Assembly (NCBI GenBank): GCA_025603075.1
Contig: MU626464.1
Span: 1-34,002 of the forward strand
Source of the DNA: Neoconidiobolus thromboides FSU 785
Taxonomy: Eukaryota > Fungi > Entomophthoromycota
Reading direction: 5' to 3'
Length of the DNA stretch: 34,002 nucleotides
The notes under the pieces are model-generated. The model did no database searches. It worked only from the letters and a program-made list of their open reading frames with translations, and had not been told where the DNA came from. Both the position numbers and the translations under genes were made by a program. Shown here one piece after another: positions 11,884 through 21,056 of this stretch (the first letter of the stretch is position 1; each line of letters starts with the position of its first letter).

Positions 11884-14199
11884 ATATGTTTAAGCTAGTT
11901 TTTGTTTCTAATAGCCATATCTACTTCAAAGTTATTATGCGGTTTACTTAAAAATTTTAATGATTAGTTTAGTTTTAAAGTTTTATACAAATTCTTTTGA
12001 GCAATTATGTGATAAAAACCACTGCTTCAAATTGTCCTACCCTTTTAGTTTATTATTGGAAGCCAACCTTATCTTGTCAGGCTAACCACTGTTGACCAAA
12101 TATATACCTTTATTCGGAATTAGTAACTTAAAATATATATTCTTTAAGTCGGAACAATTATCCTATGACAAACGCCTTAAAAGATGCTTATTATTGATAA
12201 CACTCCTTTTTTTCGCTTTTTCATATTTTATCAAAGTATTCATTAAATATATACTTTATTATAATTATACATATTTGTACCTTTATCTAGATTTGATGAT
12301 TTATTGGTTTGTTCATCTATTAAAAACTTAATGTGAACCTCATTATTTTTTATTCAAGTAAATATCCCACGTGTTTGCATATATATATTTTTTGTATGTG
12401 AATTTTATATAAAATATCATATATGATTTCCTCATAATTTCCTTTTATAAAAGCTTTGTAAAAGTTCTATTGTACAAATCACATTAAATAGTCTATTCAT
12501 ACGTAATGTCCGAAAACTTCATGCACATAAATAACACAAATGTTGCCACGGACACTAGCTTCTCTATATAATTCAACTTTTTTCTTCGTTTTATTTAGCA
12601 AACCGTCAATGCTTTTAAACGTAAATCGTGTTTATATCCACTAAGCTTTAAAAGTAAAGCAATATTATTTTAGATGAGCTTTGTTACTATTTATGAATAT
12701 AAGCAAGGACTGAACGTTTGTTACAAAGATTGTTTGTCTATTTTTATAAACTATAGCTATAGGCAAATATTCACATTATTAAAAAAAAGAGTAAAAGTAA
12801 CTTTATCGAATTCGAAACAAGTACTTGGGATAAATTTCTTAATTCAAAAATCTTATCTTAATAATATCAACTCTTCACTAAGTTCAAATCTTTACACTAT
12901 AAGAAGTAATCAGAGCAATTGACAAAATTATGACTTTATTGAAATGTGAAGAAGCATATACTTTATTTGGTAAAATTTTTCTATTCTATACTGAATTAAC
13001 TAATAACTTTGCCAAGTTACTCTGGCACCTTTGTGGTGTATGTAGTACAAAATTGCTATATTTTAGAATTTTAAAGCTTCAAGTGAAAAATATCACTAAT
13101 ATTTTAATTCCTGTTTAAAATATAACGAATCAATTAGCTCTATTGGAGATTACTTAATTTAGATAAATAACAGTGATTTATAATTCTATTACAATAATTG
13201 TTTGTAGAACTAGTGTGCAGATTGTTATTTAATTTTACTGCTCAAAATTTAAGTACTTATAAGGGTGCAGTAACTAAGATGACTGCAAGGAAAAAACAAA
13301 GCTTGGCAAAATACAGCAATTACAATTTGATTTTGTGCCTCATTAAATTGAACTCACTATACTTTTACCTTAAATTTAGCATTCTCTGACTTCAAAATGT
13401 GACGAAAGTTAAGCTAGACGCTAATTTAAAAAATCAATTTAAGATAACTTGGTACAAAGAACTTAATTTACTGAATCACGAAATCAAATTGTAATTACTC
13501 TACTTGATCTTAATAATTTTTATTTGACTTTCGTTATAAATTATTAGTTCATTTTGGTTTATAATGACCAAGGATAAAACGTTGGTTGTTTTTTATTGAT
13601 ACAAAGCAGCTCTACTCAAAAGATCAAAAAATAATGCTATAACAAGGAAACCTTTATAGCTTGTTTTTCGATATAATCAAAATTTTGTTTGATTGGGATT
13701 TATTTTTATGAAAAATAGTGGCAACTTCCACTGTTGCAACCTATTACCTTTACATAAAAAAGTTCTGATGATTTCTTCACTACCTGTATCATTACTTACA
13801 GAAACACCTAATATAAGCTAAACAGCTGATCTCAGGTGATGGTTGACTATCAAAGCTTTATCTAAACCTTCAATCAAGTTTAAAATAACAAAAGGGAGTA
13901 TCTGATCAACTCAAAATTTGTTGGTAAAAATAATACTTGTTTATCTTTACTATTAATTCTAATCCTTTATGCAATAGTTTGTTTAATGTCATATTACTGC
14001 TTTTTCTGTTTATTTTTGATTTAGTTACTGATAGTTTAATATCGTATATCTTTAATTTAATTACGTATTCGCTTTAACTTTGATATTAGTAAAAATAATT
14101 TATTTGATATTTTTAAGCACAGATAAATTTACAATTATTATTTTCAAATTTGGCATAAATGTAAACTATACTACGATGGTTAAAAATATAACTCAATGG

Positions 14200-14590
14200 C
14201 TTAATTGACATTCAAATCAAAAGTACTCAGTAGTATAATAATAAAATACCTCCACTTATCTGAAATGACCATGAGTAAGCACAGGTTGCTATTAAATAAA
14301 CAGTCTAATTTTGTGTACCATAACATTAGCCATTGCCCAATAACATCAAAAGATAAAATATTACCTTTTAAAGACAAATGTAATACTTTCAAAGCTCAAG
14401 AAAAGCACTATTCATTTATTAATAAACTTATTTCATACTAAAGTCTATACAGAAGTTTACCTCGAGTTTACATTTTCAACCCATAATTAGTTCCAGTTTT
14501 CTAAGCCAAAGTGTAGCTTAGGAAACTTGCAGCATTTTAAGCAAGCAGCCTTTAATTTTGGCCTAAAACTGAGAACCATTTCCATCAAAC
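14200..14590 (-). mobile_element. Decayed LTR-retrotransposon (Ty3/gypsy-like) integrase core relic
   Basis: Minus strand reads DGNGSQF*AKIKGCLLKMLQVS*AT, resembling the SDNGxQFT..LLKMLxV segment of the integrase core; downstream sequence is stop-riddled. Confidence 0.4.
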
Positions 14591-14858
14591 TTGAAATAGT
14601 CAAATCCTATACTAAAAACCAAAAATGAAAAACGAAAAATTCCGGGTAAAAATTATATACTTTAAAGTTACTAAAAAATATTTATTATAGCAAAATAAGC
14701 ATATCATACAACTTTAAAAACTTTTTCAGTGAAAAGCCGCATATCAAGTATCCTCCACTCAGGTTTATTTGTGATATAAATGTACTGTCGCTACTTTCTA
14801 TAAATAATTAATACTAGTAGGATGTAAATTTCTAAGATGATCTATAAATCTAAAATAT

Positions 14859-14957
14859 GGAGATGTTTTTTTTGATTTCATCACTTTTTCCATTTTTTAA
14901 GCGCTATTTGAGTGGAAAAATTGTTAATAAATTCTTAAACAAAAAAATACATCCCCC
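14859..14957 (-). mobile_element. MITE type A, copy 3
   Basis: ATAT-GGAGATGTTTTTTTTG...AAGCGCTATTTGAGTGGAAAAATT...AAAAATACATCCCCC-ATAT. Confidence 0.85.
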
Positions 14958-15010
14958 ATATGTTATAAGAACTATTTTCCACATTTATTCATTATTGAAT
15001 CAATTAATAT

Positions 15011-15033
15011 AGAGGTGCTTTTCAAGCACTTCT
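15011..15033. repeat. 10-bp inverted repeat (one G-T pair) with a 3-nt loop
   Basis: AGAGGTGCTT-TTC-AAGCACTTCT read directly. Confidence 0.7.
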
Positions 15034-15317
15034 AATTAATAACCATTTCTCTAGTATCACAAAGGTAGCAAAAAACTATAATAGCTATGTAATCATTATA
15101 AAGCTTTATAGCTATGTCGCTTAGATATACTCTAAATAATGGATTGTACATTAAATATATTAAAGATTTGAATTTTAAATTTTGTTTTGAATAATAAGCT
15201 ACCTTTGGATTCTAGAATCATATCATTTCAATGTATTTTCTTTTTCTTCATTCATTGTTTATTTTTAATCTTTTTTCTATTAAAAATACTCTTTTTGAAG
15301 CAATTAAACTATCATAT

Positions 15318-15414
15318 GATGATGTGTTTTTTTGTTTAAGGATTTTACTAGCGATTATTCTACTCAAATAGTGCTCAAAAATGAAAAAGGTGATGAAACT
15401 AAAAAATATCCTCC
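15318..15414 (+). mobile_element. MITE type A, copy 4
   Basis: ATAT-GATGATGTGTTTTTTTGTTTAAGGATTTTACTA...CTACTCAAATAGTGCTCAAAAAT...AAAAAATATCCTCC. Confidence 0.8.
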
Positions 15415-16626
15415 TATTTTTCTTATATGTTAAATCCTAGTATTTCATTTGTAGTATTTATATTTTAAATAGTAGGGTTTAATTACTAACTTTACATTTG
15501 TAGTAAAATAATATTTAGTGCTCCATCTAATAAAAACATACTTTGATAATAGTGCTCATATGTTTTTATCGGAACAGTAGCTGTAAAAAATGCAATAATA
15601 TTATCTTGATGTAGTTTTAAATGGTAGAAATCAACCTTGATACGGTTTGATTTATAATGCTTGGCATTATTAAGCTTCATGAATAGAGTAATCCAGTCAT
15701 GGGGGACATGGTATATGATTAAGGATTATAACTAAAAATGGTAGACTAATACATCTATTTAATTTAAATAAAATAGTAACTAGGATTTAATTATTCTTAG
15801 TTATTACACAATATTTTTTAGGAATAACAATAATTGTTTGTAAAAGTTTTAGAACTAAAACATAAACTCTTAAACATCACTTAGGTATATAATAGCCTAA
15901 ATTCATAGGAGCTATTGATATTTACTTAAACCTTCATGTTTTTTAATTATCAGACTTATAAATCGTGTTTACTACTATATTTGAACTAAAATTAAGCTTA
16001 AGCTGATTCATGAAATTGATGTTCCGATTTGATATTACTTATTCTTAGATTTTATCAATGAAGTAAATCCTTTATTTAGTAGTAGAACATTAAACAAAAG
16101 GAATAAGAATATATAGGTTAAATCATCTAAGTGTAACTGATAAAAGTTCCACTTTCTTTCTAAACAATTAGTATAAATTTAGACTTTATTTGGAACTATC
16201 CGCCGCTGTAATGTTATTTGGCGATAAATCTTGTATTTGATCGCATTTTGCTAACTGCTATCAAGCAAGTCTATATTCAAATTTGCTTCAAATTGTTATA
16301 GTAAAGGCAAGTTTTAAGTTACAATTTTTACCTAATATTATATTTAGGGTTTGAAGTCTTTATTATACTCAAGATTCAAAATAAAAGTAAAACACTGGCT
16401 ATATATAACAAGAATGACAATTTATAATTGCCTATAAATAATTTTGAGTTTTTAATTTATTTTTGTGTGAGGAAAATTACAAATTAAATCGCTATATATG
16501 GAAAATGCATTCTTTGAATGTTTACAATGTAGTCACAATTTCAAATGTGGTATAAATAGTCAGATATAAAATGGAGGTGGAAATAGTAAAAGTTTAGAAA
16601 AAAATTATTTAAATTATAACTATATT

Positions 16627-17355
16627 ATGGCTATCATGGAAACTAAGGGTAAAAGGGCAACATTAGATTTGAAAACTAAAAGAAAAATAATAGAAATCGC
16701 CGAGCTTGGTTATTCTCACCAAAAGATTGCAGATAAATTCAACATTGGGCGTAGCACAGTAACAAAAATATTGTTAAAGAAGGATGTCCTATTAAACACA
16801 ATTGAATCAGAAATTGATTTGAGTAGAAAAAGGTTAAGGCGTACTGAGCTTAATGGTCTGGAAAATAAGTTGGCAACCTGGTACTTGGAAGCGAATATAA
16901 ATAAATCCCATATAGTAGATCTTCAGGCATTAAAATCTCAAGCTATCGCCCTTGCTAAAGAAATGGGAATTAATAATTTCAATTTCGATAGCGCTTGGAT
17001 CCAGAAATTTTGTACTAAATTCCGTTTACCTACTCAAGACCAAATTAGAATTGAGCCTGTAGTTAAAAGTAATGTACCAGAATTTCTTTTTGATCTTAGT
17101 TCCAACCATCTCGATGTGGACTTAATGGGTGATAACAAACATAGTCCAAATACCGGTAATTTTAGCCTAAGGGCAGACGGGAGCCTTAGCCCAATTGCCA
17201 CTAGCATAAATTTAGCTCCTGATAACAGCCTTGGTTCGAATTGTTATTATGCTAACTCACTAGGTCGCTTATATTCTCCATATAGCGATTCACCTGTAAA
17301 TGAAATAACGCTATTTCAATACCAACAATACACAAGTAATACGCACTATTTTTAA
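16627..17355 (+). CDS. CENP-B/pogo-type double HTH DNA-binding protein without DDE domain, paralogue 3 (242 aa)
   Basis: KRATLDLKTKRKII..SHQKIADKFNIGRSTVTKI, RKRLR linker, LENKLATWY..LKSQAIALAKEMGINNF..WIQKFCTKF, KSNVPE, then a Ser/Pro-rich tail. Confidence 0.9.
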   Translation: MAIMETKGKRATLDLKTKRKIIEIAELGYSHQKIADKFNIGRSTVTKILLKKDVLLNTIESEIDLSRKRLRRTELNGLENKLATWYLEANINKSHIVDLQALKSQAIALAKEMGINNFNFDSAWIQKFCTKFRLPTQDQIRIEPVVKSNVPEFLFDLSSNHLDVDLMGDNKHSPNTGNFSLRADGSLSPIATSINLAPDNSLGSNCYYANSLGRLYSPYSDSPVNEITLFQYQQYTSNTHYF

Positions 17356-17539
17356 GTTTAATTAATTTTTAATAAAAAGTACATTATATCCTTTTACATA
17401 GTAGTGTTTATCTTATTTATTACATTTACATCTAGTCTATATTATGTCCAATTTGTTTTTTTGTTTATTCATTAAAAACTAAATCTCCAAAGCGCTTTAT
17501 TATAAGATCAAAATATATTCTTGATTTAGTTAGCTTAAT

Positions 17540-18070
17540 GACACAACCAGCGATAGATAACTTCTGAGAGAATGGCTTCATCTAATGCTTTTCCGTCTTC
17601 AAGAGGGGTTGAAAGCCATGAATGGTACCATTTATTTATATTTTTAATAGGCTATTCATTAATTTGTGAGGTTGCGAAAACTAAAGCCTAAAAGATGGAG
17701 ACCTGGAAGTCAAAATAGAAAGCGATAAATCTTTTGTATATGGATCGAATACTAATTGGAAAACCTAAACCTTTAAATAGAAAGGGCAAACTTGGTAATG
17801 TTGTACCTACAGCGAAGGAGCCTACCAATAGTTTAGTATAATCATAATAAAAGTGCAATTAATTCGTTACGGGTGGTCAAATGCTAAAGACTAAGGAGAG
17901 AAGTAACCAAATGACAGAGAGAATTGATAGTAAGTGGTATATAGCAAGAAATTTTATCTAGGAGTTGTTAATATTTAATGATTATAGTCTGTGATACAAA
18001 ATCTAAGCATGATAGGCTTTTATAAGGATGTTGACGATTTAAGGTTTAAGCCTTGACGAGGGAAAAAGAG
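17540..18070 (-). mobile_element. Decayed non-LTR (LINE, L1/Tx1-like) reverse transcriptase relic
   Basis: Minus-strand fragments in canonical order: PRQG (GxRQG motif), FKGLGFPI (KYLGxP motif), INKWYHSWLS..GKAL..AILSEVIYR (post-RT segment). Multiple stops and frameshifts. Confidence 0.45.
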
Positions 18071-18385
18071 TCAAAAAAGCAAGAGGAAAGTGATTGTAAC
18101 ATTAAGCTGATTCATCTCTTATTTTTTTATATTTCTGAGCAAGTTTTTTAAAATATTGGCTATTGTTTTTAAAAGTAGACATTAGTTACAATAGTTTTTT
18201 AAATAATTGTTTGTGTTTGAGCTATGCTTGAATTATGTCTGGTAGCTTTAATCGAGGAAAACCGTAAACTATTACATTGCTAAGATAACACTTATTTGAT
18301 TTTTTTAAAATTGTTACTTAACATTAAGTAGCAATTTATTAATAAAAAATTTTATCAGAAATTTCCAGTTAAGTCCGTTTTTAAA

Positions 18386-18457
18386 TTTATTACTTTTTTC
18401 ATCACTTATTTCATCATTCTTTTTATTACTTTTTTTATCACTTATTATAACATCTAA
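18386..18457. repeat. Degenerate 12-bp minisatellite with 36-bp higher-order period
   Basis: TTTATTACTTTT TTCATCACTTAT TTCATCATTCTT TTTATTACTTTT TTTATCACTTAT TATAACATCTAA; unit 1 equals unit 4, and unit 2 differs from unit 5 by one base. Confidence 0.6.
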
Positions 18458-19707
18458 TTATTTATTCAATAAAAAACAACAACCCAAGAGGTAAGCAAAA
18501 GGAGAAAGGAGACTGATACTTTTAGGCTTATAGTTTATAATCTTTGTTTTTAATATATGTTTATTTAGTTTACAAGTTGCACTGTTACGCTATGGCAAGG
18601 AATAGGTATATATTAATTTATGATTGGGAATCTAAAATAGAATGTTATTAAATTGAGGTGACTATATCGTTAACTTTTATGATTTGATATCGCCTTTTAA
18701 ATAATACATCACTTCAGCTGTTAAAAAATATACTCGTTTATATTAGTCTTGCGTTACATCATACATATTTGTTGTATTATAACAATAGTATCAAATTATT
18801 GCTCTATATACCTAAATTAGTTATTTAGTTTAGTGGAAAAAGTCCATATCAAGAAATGTTATTGAATTAGAGATATTATTAGAAATCCAGCTACTAAATT
18901 GCTACTATAGCGAGGAGGCAATAATGGAAGGTTGGTTTATTTAATACCTCGTTTTATATAAAATTGCGAAAGTATGTTCTATTTTTTTTTTGACTAAATG
19001 AAAGTCTAGTTATTAAATTTAAATTTATAGATTGAGAAATAAGGTGAGAACTCAAATTCATTATTCTAAGTTAGCATTTTGATTAATGCATGATATAAAG
19101 AAGTAGAAACATTCGAAAGCGTATTCCTGTTGAAATGATACCTGTATATAATATTATAGCAATAGATTTATAATAAAAAATAAATGAGCTTGTTTACTTT
19201 ATTTGTTTAGATATTTATTTAAATAACAATTTTACAATTCATATTACAAAATCTAAATTTACAAAGATATTTGAGGTATATAATAACCGATCATTCTAGT
19301 TTATAAATCTTTTCTTTTCGATACCCAATTCAATCACATTTTGGACCTAGAACTATTTTTAAATTGAGTATTATATGGTATAGTGACTACTATATAGTAC
19401 AGTTACTCAATATTGTAATGAAAAATAATATAACAATTTTGTAAATAAAACATTAATTTTAAGCAACTTAGTTATTATGGAAATAACATTGTCAAATAAT
19501 AATAAGCTGTCTATAAATTACCCTATAAATAAGTATAACCTGCGCCACAATAAGAAAGGCTAACAAAGTTTTTATCACCACAAATAAAAACAAGAATAAA
19601 AAATTAATAGCTTCCCATATACAGTGGTCATTAGTTAAGAACATTAGAATAACAAAAAATAATATATAAACAGCCTTAAATTTCGTATAGCTAGTATAAA
19701 TCATTAA

Positions 19708-20352
19708 ATGTTTCAATTTGAGAATAAAAAAAAAAGACGTATTTTAGACATTGCTACCAAAAAAAATATTTTGGAAGCATCCAAGTTAGGCTATTCACAC
19801 CAAAAGATTGCTGATATGTTTGAAGTAGGTAGAAGCACAGTGACTAAGTTACTATTGAGAAAGGATATAGTATCAAAAGAAGTAGAGCAATCACCGAAAG
19901 ACAGTGAGATGAGTAATACTGAAATTTTCGAAGCTAAATTATTAAAATGGTGTAAAAGTGAAGTTAAAAAAGGAAGTAGAATAGTAAATATAGATTTAAT
20001 AAACAAAGCTAGCTTAATAGCAAAAAACATGAAATTTTATGATGTTGAAATCAATTCAACTTGGGTTACTGATTTTTGTGGAAAATTCCAACTTGATATT
20101 GAAAGTGAAACTACGTCAATTTTTGAGATAAAAAGTAATGTACCAGAGTATATAATAACCCCATTGATACACAACAGAATTCTCACTAACCAATTGCTTT
20201 ATCTAAATCACTCTTGTCCTCCATATACTGATAACTATCATTATAATACTTTTATTCAACAAAATAGCTCACCATTGGGTTCGTTTATTAGTCCTTATAT
20301 CAGCCCTGTTTCCACATTTTCTTCTCAATTTGAATATTTTAATCCTTATTAG
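19708..20352 (+). CDS. CENP-B/pogo-type double HTH DNA-binding protein without DDE domain, paralogue 4 (214 aa)
   Basis: KRRILDIATKKNIL..SHQKIADMFEVGRSTVTKL, FEAKLLKWC..LINKASLIA..WVTDFCGKF, KSNVPE, then a Ser/Pro/Tyr-rich tail; the RKR linker is absent. Confidence 0.88.
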   Translation: MFQFENKKKRRILDIATKKNILEASKLGYSHQKIADMFEVGRSTVTKLLLRKDIVSKEVEQSPKDSEMSNTEIFEAKLLKWCKSEVKKGSRIVNIDLINKASLIAKNMKFYDVEINSTWVTDFCGKFQLDIESETTSIFEIKSNVPEYIITPLIHNRILTNQLLYLNHSCPPYTDNYHYNTFIQQNSSPLGSFISPYISPVSTFSSQFEYFNPY

Positions 20353-20418
20353 TTTTATTTTATCTTTCCTTAATAATTTTCCAAATAAATCAATTTTTCA
20401 GTAATTGAATCATGTTAT

Positions 20419-20512
20419 GAGGGTATTTTTTTGGTTTTATCACTTTTTCCATTTTTAAGCGCTATTTGAGTGGAAAAATTATTAATGAAATCCTTGAATA
20501 AAAAGCATTCCC
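20419..20512 (-). mobile_element. MITE type A, copy 5
   Basis: GAGGGTATTTTTTTGG...AAGCGCTATTTGAGTGGAAAAATT...AAAAAGCATTCCC; flanks TTAT/ATAC. Confidence 0.8.
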
Positions 20513-20520
20513 ATACTAAA

Positions 20521-20780
20521 ATGTCATCTCAGCCATCAAAGATACACGAAAATATGTATTCCCCTATCGCATCTGTTAAGGAAAACGTAGGCTCTGTTAC
20601 TGATAATCACTCTCTTCAAGCAAAGGATACTGGTCAAAAGGCTGAAGGTAACGACGTTTAACACCAAGATCCTAAATCAAAGGGTTATGTTGAAGGCACC
20701 ACAAATAATTTTGCTGGAAGTATTAAGATAACATTGGTTCCATTCCAGATGATAATGCCAAAATAGAATCTAATGTTTAA
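20521..20780 (+). pseudogene. Hmp1/CsbD-like small hydrophilic stress protein pseudogene
   Basis: MSSQPSKIHENMYSPIASVKENVGSVTDNHSLQAKDTGQKAEGNDV*HQDPKSKGYVEGTTNNFAGSIK, then a one-base frameshift to DNIGSI. The PS..G....G.VKE.VG...G...L and KGYxEGT pattern is typical of the fungal Hmp1/CsbD family (recognised from memory). Premature TAA at 20659-20661. Confidence 0.65.
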
Positions 20781-20786
20781 GCATTT

Positions 20787-20884
20787 GGGGCTGTTTTTTC
20801 GGCTTCATTACTTTTTCCATCTTTTAAGCATTATTTGAGTGGAAAGATTGTTAGTAAAATTCTTAAACATAAAAATACATCCCC
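20787..20884 (-). mobile_element. MITE type A, copy 6
   Basis: ATTT-GGGGCTGTTTTTTCGG...ATTTGAGTGGAAAG...AAAAATACATCCCC-ATTT, with an exact non-palindromic 4-bp direct repeat. Confidence 0.88.
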
Positions 20885-21056
20885 ATTTATTAGTTAAATA
20901 AATTGTTTTTTTGTAAAAAATGGAATTTATAGAAGCTTGAATATTGTAATAGCATTGTAGTAGTTTAGTTTATATTAATATAGTTTATTAGGGGATATCG
21001 TCATAAAAAACCCAAGATAATTTTTTTAATAACATTGATTTTTAATATTATATCAT

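Noticed and set aside
12092-13389. Run of 62-82 aa ORFs
   Set aside because: AT-rich, hydrophobic or low-complexity translations with no motifs or splice support.
5654-20352. Idea that the HTH genes are the autonomous transposases of the MITEs
   Set aside because: They have no catalytic domain, and the 4-bp TSD with GGGG termini does not fit pogo (TA TSD, CAG start). Binding to MITEs remains untested.
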